A DNA stretch of 64,000 nt, taken from NCBI GenBank assembly GCA_951406725.2, contig OX597819.1:42966001-43030000 (forward strand), read 5' to 3'. The stretch comes from Octopus vulgaris (lineage: Eukaryota). Positions within the stretch are counted from its first letter, which is position 1; each line of letters starts with the position of its first letter. The position numbers were made by a program, and so were the translations under genes. Positions 13,275 through 25,971 of the stretch are shown piece by piece. Under the pieces are notes generated by a model. That model worked only from the letters and a program-made list of their open reading frames with translations, was not told where the DNA came from and made no database searches.

Positions 13275-13825
13275 ATCTTTTATCTTTTACTTGCTTCAAT
13301 CACTAGACTGCAGCCATTCTAGGGAACCACCTTCAAAAACTTTAGTCGAACAAATCAACCCAGTGCCCCTTTTTTTATATCAGTCTCTTTCGTTGAAACA
13401 CTAAGCTACATGGATGTAAACACACCAACACTGGTTGTCAGGTGGTGGTTGTCACACACACACACACACACACACACACAAATATATATACAGTAGGTTT
13501 CTTTTCAGTTTCTCTCTACCAAATCAACTCACAAGGCTCTGACTGACCCAAGGCTATAGTGGAAGACACTTGCCCAAAGTGCCATGCAGTGGGACTGAAC
13601 CTGGAACCATGTTTTTAGGTGCAATTGTTTCATCAAGAGGTTTGCTGCCATAACTCATGGCTTCAGGTTCAACGCCTCCGTGACTTAGCAGTTTGGCAAA
13701 AGAGACCAGTAGAATAAGTACTAGGCTTACAAAGAATAAGTCCTGGGGTCAATTTGCTTGACTAAAGGTGGTGCCCCAGCATGGCTGCAGTCGAACGACT
13801 AAAACAAGTAAAAGAGCAAAAGAAT
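13275..13825. mobile_element. SINE A copies: minus 13275-13612 and plus fragments about 13625-13825
   Basis: Same blocks as 12803-13197, in opposing orientations. Confidence 0.75.
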
Positions 13826-13861
13826 ACAAATGAAAACAAATAACAAACAAAATTTAAATAC

Positions 13862-14410
13862 GAAATATTCCATTTTTATGAGACACATTTGGAATAGAGG
13901 GTGTATAACATGTGATAGGTACCCTATTTCAATTATATAGATCTGGCTTTAAAAAAACAACAACTTGAAGTCAGTTACTTCTGATAACCATACATATGCA
14001 TATACATACATATTTATACACACAAATGTGGGCGCAAACAGTAAAGAGTTAGATTAGACTTTTGCATTAGACACAGGGTGCCTATGTTACTGATGTAGCT
14101 TCTGAGCTATGAATGCAATAAATAATATATACATACACATACAATGAGAAAGATGAAAGCTGGAACACACAAGAATCTTTATTGATCACTACAATTGTTT
14201 CGACCTAGGTGTAAACCATAGAATTTATTAACTACTAACTATATATATAATCTAAATATGAAATATTCCATTTTTATGAGACACATTTGGAATAGAGGGT
14301 GTATAACATGTGATAGGTACCCTATTTCAATTATATAGATCTGGTTTAAAAAAAAAAAAATTTGATGCCAGTTACCCTTGGTAACCATACATCTACACAT
14401 ACATACACAC
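13862..14410 (+). repeat. Local direct duplication, period 398 bp
   Basis: 13862-13946 is identical to 14260-14344 (85 bp); the next roughly 60 bp are similar but diverged. Confidence 0.92.
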
Positions 14411-16991
14411 ACACACAAACTTCTCCACCAGACTATGTAACAGCACATACTGAGTTTTAGTTTTGACCATAATGTGGACGGTAACATCTCAATCTAATTT
14501 ATTGATTATGGATGAGTTTCAAAATCCAGACATGACCATCATATCCTATCTTTTTGGGAATACTTTATCCAATATTGGTTTTCATTTTCTCAGACAACAG
14601 CATATGATGGGAGGGAAATTTGGCCACCAAGCGACCAGAGAGTCTGACCACCAGCACCAGCAGCACCACCACCACCACTGTAGGCTTGAGTAGTCATTGT
14701 AAAGAGAATTGTCTGATAATTACTCAGGTTACAAGATGGCATATCAGATGTTTATTTTGAAGCTTTAGGAATTGCACACCATTTTATAAAGACGTATTTC
14801 ATTTGCAAACCCACACACAGCATCATCTTGTTTTTCTGGGTAGATGGCCGCCATCAGCCAACCAAGTTGAATACTTCAATGCATGTCATAAATCAAGTTG
14901 CTAGGTCTGAGAACAAAAGCTTTATCAGAAAAGTTCCTTGAATGCCTCCTTATAATAAGATAACAAAGGCACATATCAACCAACCTTTTCTAGTTTTGAA
15001 TGATTAACAGGGAAGAGCTGGATAGCTTATTTGCTTTCATGTATTTCTGAAGTGTAACAATATATACAACAAAAACTAACACCATGTTCAAATCATCAAA
15101 CAGATTCCCCAGGTTGTTAGTAAAAAGCTCTTTCTGCTTGCTAGACACACTCTATCCACATTGCCCAATTCTTGAGCATTGCCTATTTGATATCCTATTC
15201 TCTTAAATAAAGCAATATGCTTCTCTTAAATGATAGAGAAAGAGAAAAAGGGAGAGAGAACGAGAGAGAGAGAGAGAGAGAAAGAGAGTGTCAATACAGA
15301 CATTTATTTTTATCTACATTACTCTCTACCATCCTTTATCACATGCTTATAACCCCCACCTTATTTTGAACTAGAGATTGGCTATAAACAAGTAAAAATC
15401 ATATGCAAATTAAGAAAAAAATAAAATAAAATGAAATAATAAAAAATACTGAGAATTCAGAATGTTAAACAGAAAAATGCAGTATGCCATGCAGTAAACT
15501 TCTCATTAAAAATTGTTGGCAGGAGAAAAAGCATTCAGTTGTAAAGACACCTGCTCTAATAAACCCCAATTTAAAATCGTAAGGCAGCTTCTCCAAAAGT
15601 GTTTTTGTGTAAACACAAGAGCTCTGCTGCTAGATGTGAGCTTCCCTTAACGATCAACCAATAATCACATCTTGCCGTTTTCATTTATAAAACAGTAAGT
15701 TCAAATGTTGGAAGTATGTAAAATAGACTGGTAATGGGGAGGGCTAGATAAGAACTGGCAATAACAAAGAAACAAACTAAGAACATAACATTATCAAGAG
15801 ATGTACTAAAGGAATGGGAGAAGCGGGGAATAATAGCAACAAACATTTTATTTGTTCAAATATTATGTCTCCTCGCACCAAATTATGGATTTATACATTT
15901 TCATAACAAAATTCATGTAACTGTTAATGATAATGCTAGTTAATTTTAGCCAATGCTGATACACGATTCAAAAATAGGCATAAGTAATATTTTGGTAAAA
16001 TGAATCTTTCAAACTTCTGGGGTTTTATTTTTTATAAATACTTCATTTATTTGGTAAAATATGTAAATAGATAAAAAAAAAATTATGGTTAATAAAAATT
16101 AGAAGACATGATCTAGAAGTAGGAATTTACATCACATGAAAAATTTAATTGAAATTAGAGAATTTGACAGAAAAATGAAGAATCAAGTTTCACTGGGAAA
16201 ATGTGTAGAAAAATTTTATAAAAATAATCTTTTTAAAATATTTCTGATAAAAATAAAGTAAAATTTATGTACATATTTCATAAATTTTATTTACATTATA
16301 TAAATAGTATTTTTAAAGAGGGCATTAAAGCAATATGATTTAAATTACTATAAAAATTAATGTGGATACATAATTCTTTACAAGTTGATATAACATAGAG
16401 CCATATTAAATGGGGGGAGGGGGGGGGCTTGAAAGATTACAGTAAAAAGTTTAAAAGGTTAGTTGGATATTCTTGAAGAGAAACAATATATTATGTAGTA
16501 TGGATGTGTAGTAAGGAGTTTGCTCTCCAACCACAGGGTTCTGGGTTCAATCTTATTGCATGGCATCTTAAGTAACTATCTTCTATTATATAGCCCTGGG
16601 CCAACCAAAGCCTTATGAGAGGATTTGGTAAACAGAAGATGAAAGAAACTCATATATATATATATATACATAGTGATCATCTAATTGAAACACATTTGTT
16701 CTTTCCTCTCTATTTTTGTTCTCTCCTCATTTACCCTTTCCAAAGAAGAGCATATGCTCAAAATGTTTGAGGATCTTCTGAACATTAACCTAATACATTC
16801 TGTTTGTTTTCTTTTTCTTACTTTGTCTTTGTCTTTATATATATGGAGTCTGACAGCTCCCAGCTGGCCAGTCCCATGTCAAACTGTCCAACCCATGCCA
16901 GTATGGAAAGTAGACAATAAATGATGACGACAATGACGATGATGATGATGCATGTAAAAATCTAAATTAAGGGAATAGAGCAGGTAAAATC

Positions 16992-17078
16992 CAGGCTACA
17001 TATGTTTCCTAGCTAGCAGAACCTCGGAAGTAATAAATTACTCAAAGTGGGATCTTCCACTAGATATTCATCAGGCTG
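16992..17078 (-). ncRNA. Type I hammerhead motif, partly decayed (Penelope-like)
   Basis: Minus strand: CAGC CUGAUGA [auaucuaguggaa...uucugcuagcuag] GAAA CAUAUG UA GCCUG. Palindromic stem III ACAUAUGU. Confidence 0.6.
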
Positions 17079-18267
17079 AAGATACCTTAGTAAAATAAAA
17101 GTTGGACATGAGAAAAATCTACAACCACCTTCTATACAATAAACTATTATTGTTCTTTAAAGTTATTTTTTATACCTACTACGGACTGTTCGAAACTTAC
17201 TTAATACTTACACCTAGATCCCTGGATCTTACAATTACAAATCATTATATAGGTATGTATGTATGTGTGTGTGTATATATACATACATATATGTGTATGT
17301 GTGAAAATATATATATATATGTATGCATGGCATTATATCTGATGTTCAAATGACTTAACCAATTTGTCACTATATTCTACATTCTTCAGCTTAAGGAGCA
17401 AGAACACACACACACACACACTTCATAGTTAATGACAGTATATGACAGCACTTTCATAATATAACTCTAACAACAACAAACAAAATCATAAATTGTTTAA
17501 ATTTTCAGAACCTTTAAACATTAACGCAAAAAAAACAAAAAAAACAAAAAAAAAAAAGAAGTGAACTTAGCATGTTCAAGAATTCAACTATATGCTTAAA
17601 TAAATATTATGTGCTCAAATACAGGAGTTTGGTAAGTTCATTGTCATGAGAAGTATAGAAATTAACATTTTTGGGGGACCTGAGAGTTGAGGAAAGAGAG
17701 AAAGACAAAAACAGAAAAAAAAAAGAAGCGGTACTGTCATTTGAAATGTAGGGAAGTATAAACTGAAAAACAAAATTTCTCTCTTAAAGAGTTGTTCTCC
17801 AAATGTCAGATTCCATTTTGTCTGACAGTATAAGAACATATTCATACTCATGAATTTTATGGTATAACCTTTGGTGCTCACTCTGCCCCCATTACTAGTT
17901 TTTGAGTAAAACTGTGTTTAAATGGTTTGTTGGGATTGTGATGGCCTATACTGAAATACTTAAAAGAAGAGACTAGATTTCAAGGTAGGAATGAGTTCTT
18001 GAGTAAATCAGAACTGAAGAAGACCTACAGTACTGGAGAAGATTTCTGAGATAGAGAAGACAGGCTGATTAAAAAGACAAATAACTATATGTAAAATATA
18101 CATAGTTCAAATTTATAGGAAACAAAAGATGAAGATAGGTGAATGAAGAACGAGCAGGTGTATTAGTTTGACACTTAGGAAGAATGGAAAAGTCATTGAT
18201 GTTTTGAGCCTACACTCTATGACAGAGAGAATTGATATATATATATATATATATATATATGTATACA

Positions 18268-18335
18268 TAATACATTATAACTGAAAGGCTCTTCCAATAC
18301 TCGGAGTACTCAGAGCCTCCAGTTATAATGTATTA
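18268..18335. repeat. About 25-bp inverted repeat
   Basis: taatacattataactgaaaggctct ... agagcctccagttataatgtatta, just after (TA)n. Confidence 0.85.
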
Positions 18336-18391
18336 AAGAATACTATACTTTTGTATTGAATCCTATAATTTATCACTCCTAGTGAATCAAT

Positions 18392-18435
<44 letters not shown>

Positions 18436-18551
18436 ACACATACATATATACACACACATATATACATTAGAAGAAAAGGACATCAAAACCAATACAGGAC
18501 GAGTATCTCAAGTCATTTATAATACTTTAATTAAGGTAAGGTTAATTTGAA

Positions 18552-18627
18552 GTCTTACAGCTGTTTCTGAGATATCTCAAGTGATAGGTTAGTATGTCTG
18601 TATACTGGGTATTCTATCATCAGAGAC
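18552..18627 (-). ncRNA. Type I hammerhead motif with decayed stem II (Penelope-like)
   Basis: Minus strand: GUCU CUGAUGA [uagaauacc...gauaucuca] GAAA CAGCUG UA AGAC. Palindromic stem III ACAGCUGU; AUUAAA downstream. Confidence 0.65.
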
Positions 18628-18902
18628 AAAGTGAGTATGTAATGAAAATTCTAGACAGGGAAAATTCATTTAGATCACCAGTAAACTAAACCCCTCTTAT
18701 CCTTATATACATTCCTCCTCCTCCTTTTTCTTTTGGACTTTCTTATGTCTCCTGTTTCTGAAGAAGAGCTTTGCTCAAAATGTAAAACAATCACTTTTTT
18801 CTTTCCTTCTCTGAGTGTCTTATTAATACTTTGCATGCACCACGTCCTGGTACTGTTGCATTTTTCTTGTCTTTTTCTCCATTTTTTAAATTTTGTTTAT
18901 AG

Positions 18903-18943
<41 letters not shown>

Positions 18944-20241
18944 TACACATATATATTTATATATATACTCATACATATCCACACATATTTATACAAAAAG
19001 TTCAGTTAAAGTGGGTAAAAAGAACTAGCCTTTCCTTTCTAATAAACTTAATTAAACAGAGCTTTATTTTTTTCCTTCTATTTTCCTTTTTGATTAAATG
19101 ATTGTGCGTGTGGGGGTGGAAGCTGAAACTTGTATGAAATGAAGCTCTTTCTTTGATGCACAAAGCAGATTTCAAAGAGGCTGTTGTTATATTTAAGCAG
19201 ATCCTAATAGCTATGAAATGGTAGCTAACTTGCAATGTTTTTGAAACTGAAAGCACAGGGATTTCTTTTGCTCAATTTAACAGGAATGTATAAGAAAAAT
19301 TCATAAGTCATTAGCACAATAAATCAATCCAAAGAAGACAGTCCAGCAATCTTGTTACCACTTTAAGCTATAAGAAGATCAACAAAGATCAATGGAAGAA
19401 ATCCTGTATGTGTGCTTTTACCAAATGTATCGATCGCAATAGACTTTGGCTGCAATTTGAGTTAGTGATTAGCTGATACTACTATTAAGACAATATTTTC
19501 CATTACGAGGAGAATTACAGCGCACTGTCTATAAATTATATAGGGAAATCCTAAGCAGTAAGTTGATAGCACTATGATATATGTACTTAGTAGTAACACT
19601 AGTATTGTTAAATAGACTAAAGTGATATAAAGAGAGACATGAAAATAGAGTTAAATACTTCCTATACGATACAGATCAAACACTGTCTCAACAACATCTA
19701 AGTAGATATATTTATTATTGTCAATTCACAACCAGTGGTTTGGCTCCATGTTAAACTGTGTTCCTATAACATCCCACCACCACGACCACCACCAACAACA
19801 ACGAGTAATAGATGAATATTAAGTCAAGTAGAGTATTGCCATTCAAGAACAGAACATAAATGAAATGATGATTGTGATTATATAACTTTGATATAGCATA
19901 TAAACACCATTGCTCTATATCACTTCTACCACATTGGCATGGGATGTATAAGCTATACGAATGAGGCTGCGGCTTACTTATTACTAGATACCTTTCTTAT
20001 TTGCCAGCCCCATGATTTGCCTATTTTTATATTTATATATATTATATTATCTCTCTCACGCATACACAGGTGCATAGATGCAGGCATGCATGCACACACT
20101 TCATTTTTGAAGCTTCAGCAAAGCTTATAAGGTGATACACAACTATTCAACTATGAAAGCATTGAATCTCATAGCAGAAACAGATGTAAGCTCTTACATA
20201 CTTTCTTATTCCCTTATCATTTAATTTCTTATATATGCACA

Positions 20242-20288
<47 letters not shown>

Positions 20289-21323
20289 ATTGAGCTGTTA
20301 ATTTTCCAACAACTGGCGGAAATAATTGCATGCAATACTGTTTCTAAAAGATGAGGAATGCTTACAGTTAATCCAAGCTTTCAATTTATTTCCTATCCAT
20401 AAGAATGGAATGATTATCAACAATAGGTTCTGTTGATAATTATTTAACAACAATAATTATTATCAAAAATGCATAGCAAATTGCATTCAATATTAACTCA
20501 GTGCAAGATACCGGTTTCTACTCTGCTGATTCTACAGTTTATTTATGGGCAGGGGCAAGAATGACCATTACAATCATCATTGCAGAACTATCCCCCAGCC
20601 AACTTCCCCTCCCCACCTTTTTTTTTCCCCTCCAACATCAACATAACAGTGCTCTACAACTCACCCAAGCTTTGGCAATACCTATATAACAGTTCTCTAA
20701 CCAGCCACCCACTCAAAAGTATGGCACGATTAGTATTGGCTTCATTAATGCTTTCATTAATAGTTTTAGGTGTACATCGAACATCACAGACACCTTCTCA
20801 GACCACTCACCCTTCACTCGGTGGCAGAACCAGGATGAGACAAATGGAAGCAAAACGAGGGCTGCACCAAACACTCAGCCAGTACCCATTACAACTGAGT
20901 AAGGTTAGAGCAATGTGAGATGGTGTGCTTAGCTCAAGAGCACGACATGTCATCCAGCCCACAAATTGAATCCACAACCTTATGATCATGAATGGTACAA
21001 CCTACCCACTCTAAAGTAAGCTGCTCTATTTTTCTTATATTCTTTTCTTCTTTTTTTTTTTTGCTCTCTTTTTATTTAAGACGCTAAGTATAGAAACCGC
21101 CCTCTACAATTCAGTTCAGTTCATTCTTTTCAACAACACTATATCAGTTCTTTTACAAGACAAGCACAAGCGTCAAATGGTCAAAAGCCAAACATAAACT
21201 GTCGAGCTGGATTGAACCGACTTCGCTTGATTGAACCCACAGAAGCTTATTAACGAAGTCAAACCAAGTGAGTATTGAGGTTAGTGCTCTGGTATTCTGC
21301 CAGTTTTTTCTCTTTTTGTAATT

Positions 21324-21357
<34 letters not shown>

Positions 21358-22439
21358 TAATAATAATACATCTGTTGTTGTTAAAAAGCAGTAAAAGTGT
21401 CAAGACTAGTATGACCAGGCTGAAAGAGATGCCTACAATTGGTTTTGTTAGGGCTGTGTGTGACATTTTACATAAGTCCAACCCACTCCACATCCTTAGC
21501 CTATCCTACCTACAGACATATTGTTATTCTTTGCAGTTAACCACCCTTCTTTGTGTGTGTGTGTGTGTGTGTGTGTGTTATAAAAATATATAAATGAATT
21601 TGGAGAAGAGTACACCAAATCTATATAATCCTGCTTATCCAGGCATAAAAACAAAACCAACAATGCTTTGTTGCAGCAAGGCCAGTTTTTCTTTTCCTAA
21701 ATATGACAGGCATTATATAAAGACACAGACATGTGGAAACCACAAACAAAAAAAAAAAAAGAAAGAAAAAAAAAGAAAAAACAAAAAAAGAAGAAGAAAA
21801 TAAAACCAAGCAAGCTCAATAGCAGAAAACGTAACAATCAAGTTAAAGAGAACAAGTAGTTAATTTAGATCAAAATATGGGAAAAATCACTTGCAAAATG
21901 GACGAAGCTTTTATTTGTATAATAATAATAGCCATCACTACCACCACCACCACTACCATCAACCCCACTCCTTAACACCATCACTACTGCCACCACCACT
22001 ATCATTGTTTTAACTTCCACTTTTCCATGCTGGCATGAGTTAATCAGAATTTGTTTTAAGACAGATTTTTCTACAGCTGGATACCTTTCTTTTTGCCAAC
22101 CATCACTTGATCCAAAATAGGGGCCACGTAAATCATCTATGTACTGTTCATATTTTAGAATATGTACTGCCGAAGATAATTAAATATTTATGTGATTTAA
22201 TAAAATAGCTAAAACTAGTATGAATACCTCATTTGTGTGACAAATGTTTAGGTAGAATTCAATAAGAACTTCCTTAAAAGTACAATAATTACCAATTTAT
22301 TTTCAATTTCAGGTTTAAGGGAAATGAAATTTCTACTTCAAAAGTTTCAACACTCACTCTCTAAACATGGTAATAACTAAACAATTTGAACTTCTCAAGC
22401 TTTACTAGGAGCAGTTTTAATGCTGGAAGATGTAAAAGT

Positions 22440-22770
22440 TTTGAAGTTAAAGGACAGCATATACAGAGGCAGGATACAAAATGAGGCAAACCTGACTTGT
22501 TGACTGTGTAATTTTCAATGAGCAATGAACAAGCTGATTGAATGAATGGGTACATACTAAAGGCAACAGAGATGGATGTTCTAAGATAGAGATGGGATGC
22601 AAATGGACTAAGAGGGCCAAATAAGAGCTGACTCTTTAGGCTAAAGGGATAAATGTGGACGATTAAAAATGAAAACCTGGCAAAATGGAGTGGGGTGAAG
22701 TCAATATCAAAACACAAGGCACACAGATTCAATGAAGAAAGTCTAACGTGAGGGATGACATGTTGTACAG
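22440..22770 (+). mobile_element. Highly decayed LINE (RTE-like) ORF fragment
   Basis: LKATEMDVLR* and IKNENLAKWSGVKSI resemble post-RT motifs of RTE-type LINEs; many stops. Confidence 0.35.
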
Positions 22771-22787
22771 TAGAGAGCCATCTAATT

Positions 22788-23045
22788 CAGTGATTCTCAA
22801 CCATTTTTTTGCTTATGAATTCCCTTTGATTCTTATATTTTACTAGACCTACATAGCCATTCAATATATATAAAAATAAAAAATCTTACTGTAATTTTAT
22901 AATTAAATATTAATAGGAATTGTAAAAAGAAATTAAAATATTTTGTATATTGTTGATGTATAAGCAATTTATAGCACATGAATTTTAACAACAAAATCTT
23001 ATATGGAACCCCAAGGAACATATGGACCCCAGTTGAGAATCATAC
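22788..23045. mobile_element. hAT-like MITE, same family as 31506-31836
   Basis: TIR cagtgattctcaac ... gttgagaatca; shares ccctttgatt and aaaatcttatatgga...tatggaccc blocks. A related left end lies near 50176-50250. Confidence 0.7.
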
Positions 23046-23068
23046 CATACCAGCAATGGAAACATGAA

Positions 23069-23436
23069 CAACAAGAGCACTCAGAGAGCGCAAACCTCTG
23101 CCAAGGCAAAAGCAATGTCCTTTCAATGATTAGCCAGAGATGATTTTTAAAATGGGAATATCTGAAATAAACTCAACTGCTCTCACAAATGAGAATGCTA
23201 AAAATGAACCCAACTGCTCTCAAAAATTAAGTAAAAAAACAGGAAAAATAATCCAGTATCCTTGTCTTGTACCACCGGATCGATCCCAAAATCTGATCAG
23301 TTTGTGCCAGTCACGAGGCCAAACATCTCTGAAAGTTTCATCCAAATCCATCCAGCAGTTCTTGAGATATCTTGTCCATGGACAAACAAACATGACTGAA
23401 AACAATACCTCTGCCTTCGCTTAGGTGGAGGTAATA
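23069..23436. mobile_element. Helentron-associated (HINE/DINE-1-like) non-autonomous element
   Basis: Subterminal acctctgcc at both ends, terminal hairpin acctctgcct-tcgctt-aggtggaggt, internal aagtttcatccaaatcc...gacaaacaaac block and a short internal direct repeat (caactgctctca twice). Confidence 0.6.
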
Positions 23437-23474
23437 AAAGACCTGAAGAAAACAGCAACAAAAATCAGAGATTA

Positions 23475-24095
23475 TCTTTTGTCTTGTTTCAGTGATTAGA
23501 CTGTGGCCTTGCTGGGGCACCATCTTCAAGAATTTTAGTCCAATGAATGGATTCCAATACTTATCATTTTTTAAGTCTGACACTTATTCTATCATTCTCT
23601 TTTGACGAACTGTTAAGTAATGGGGACATAAACACACCACCACCAGTTGTCAATCAGAAGTGGGGGAACATATAAAGACACTAACACACACACACACACA
23701 CACACACACATAAAGGGCTTCATTCAGTTTCCATCTACAAAATACATTCACAAGGTTTTGGGCAGTTCAAAGTTATAGTAGAAGATATTTGCCTAAATTG
23801 CTATGCAGTGGGACTGAACCTGGAACCATATGGTTGGGATGCAAACTTCTTACCACACAGCTACACCTGTACCTATATATTATTATTATTATTATTATTA
23901 AAGCTTTTAAAATCATTTTTATTCTATAAAGATTATATTATTTGCAATAGGCTTGTGTACAGTTTCCATCAACTAAATTTGACTCATAAGGAATTGGCCA
24001 ACTCACAACTGTTGTACCAGACACTTGTGGAAGGTGCTAAACAGTAGGAATGAACCTGAAACCACATGAATATGAAGCAAATTTCCTTAACTACA
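23475..24095 (-). mobile_element. SINE A copy plus an extra head fragment
   Basis: Matches SINE A blocks (gggactgaacctggaacca, accacacagc). Confidence 0.75.
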
Positions 24096-24293
24096 CTCCC
24101 TCTATATCCACACATGCAGTAGTGGTGACAGCTCTCCTTTTAAACCTGCATTAAACACACAACTATATGTTCAAATTTTATTTCTTTAATAACGGTTTTC
24201 TTTCATTTTTCTTATGAGTTCCTTCTTATAGCATGTTCAGAACAGTGAAGTTTTCAAATTCATTGACGTTTGCAGACCTTCATGACTTCACTT

Positions 24294-24429
24294 TCATACT
24301 GAAGTGGTATAAGTATCCTTGGGATGTGTTGCTGCCTCTTCATTTGTAGGAAGGAGTAATGAAACAGGTGTAGTATTGGTGTTGATATTACCATCTTCTA
24401 CAGTAGCTTCAAGTCTGCCAATGTTTTGT
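24294..24429 (-). CDS. Candidate alternative terminal exon
   Basis: CAG at 24432-24430, then phase-2 frame QNIGRLEATVEDGNINTNTTPVSLLLPTNEEAATHPKDTYTTSV*. ATTAAA/AATAAA about 110 nt downstream (24190-24177). Weak pyrimidine tract. Confidence 0.2.
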
Positions 24430-25041
24430 CTGAATTTGTATGTATGTGCATGCATATATGCAGCTGTGTGTTTATTTACTGGTGCACTGTAGTACTTTGC
24501 ATGTCAACCTTTTATATTTGAAAAAGAACTGGTTATCTAATAAATAGTGATTAATAAAATAAGCAGTATTTGGTGCATTTTACATAATTGACTAAAAACC
24601 TTTGCAGGTGGTATCCCAGTATGGCTGTTCTCCAGTGCAGGCAATCAATAAAAGGATAAAGGGAACATGTGTGTGTGTGAGATTGAGAAAAGTCTGATTG
24701 GAAGAACTGTTTGGTTCTTACCCTGTCACAAGAACAAAACAGTTTCTTCAGTTTTAGACTAAAGGGACCCTGTTCTGTCCCTTTTCATATGTCCTCATAG
24801 GGGTTATAAGATAACCCTCTCCCATTGAAATTATCAATTCTATTACAATTTCTCATATAGAAGATTGACTATCTTTATAGTCTGTAGTCTCAAAAGCCTA
24901 GAAATATAGATAGAATTTTAAAAATAATAATAATAATGTATGAGGGCAAAGTGGTGGATGTAGGTTAAAAAATGTTTTTAAATAAAAAAAATGAAAACAA
25001 AGAGGAAGATTGATGAGACTCAGGTACAGAGGGGAGTGAGT

Positions 25042-25116
<75 letters not shown>

Positions 25117-25747
25117 GAAAAGTACTTCAAGAATTAAATGCAACACCTATGATTTACATCAGTGAGTAAACCAATGTAACAACACATAATAGATTTATAT
25201 TTGAACTGTTATCTATACTCTTGTGATAAGTGCTAGATATTGAATAGGAGGGCACTTCCCCCCACCCTACTTCCCAATGTTTTTTCTTCTTCTTTTTTTC
25301 AATGTTTGTGCTATTATTGTATCTAGTCAGTTGTCATGGAAACAGCTGGAGAAAGTTGTATAAACAGCCAGAAATAATTTCTCTATGTTTGTTTATTTAT
25401 TATTATTTTTTTTGGAAAAAATGCTTGTCAAATTTGCGTTATATTTTCACTTTGAAAAGCACATTTGTACTCCCAGCATACTTGAAGGGTTATGGCTGTG
25501 TATGTACTTGTACACATACACACTCTTACACACAGGTAAAAATGAATTCCACTTCAACAGGGTTAATATGCCTGAAGAGCACCACCTCAATAAGGGGAAC
25601 ACTTGGTAGATAGATATATATCACTGATAGCAGCAGACCCCTAGGACACACACATTAAGGTGAAAGCCAGATTCATAAAGTCAGTCAATGAATATAAATA
25701 CTTCCAGCCCCATAATTACTTCTCACCTTTCTCTCTATCTCTCTCAA

Positions 25748-25971
25748 CCCTTTAGCATTTGAACCAGCCATATTCGATCTAAATATTCTACCTGTTTTAT
25801 TGTCAAAGAAGCCAGATCCAGTCTCTTGCACCTACCCTATAATGTCATTCTAAAAATAAACAATCACATCACTGAAACCTCTTGGCTACAAGATGATGCA
25901 TGGTTAATTAAAAAACAATGTGAAGAAATAAGGCTTACGTTTGACAGAGTAATTTACTGAAAGCTAAAGGG
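25748..25971. mobile_element. piggyBac-like MITE
   Basis: TIR ccctttagc ... gctaaaggg with decayed TTAA-like flanks; second copy near 36250-36466. Confidence 0.6.

Noticed and set aside
14690-15230. Complex non-repetitive stretch, possibly an old transposon ORF
   Set aside because: No recognisable motif in the frames I translated.
20580-20918. 112-aa ORF with a hydrophobic stretch
   Set aside because: Non-ATG start, runs into a minus-strand SINE remnant and has no recognisable motif.
21150-21275. Plus-strand exon ending at caa|gtgagt
   Set aside because: Stops in all three frames; may be a non-coding island but unsupported.
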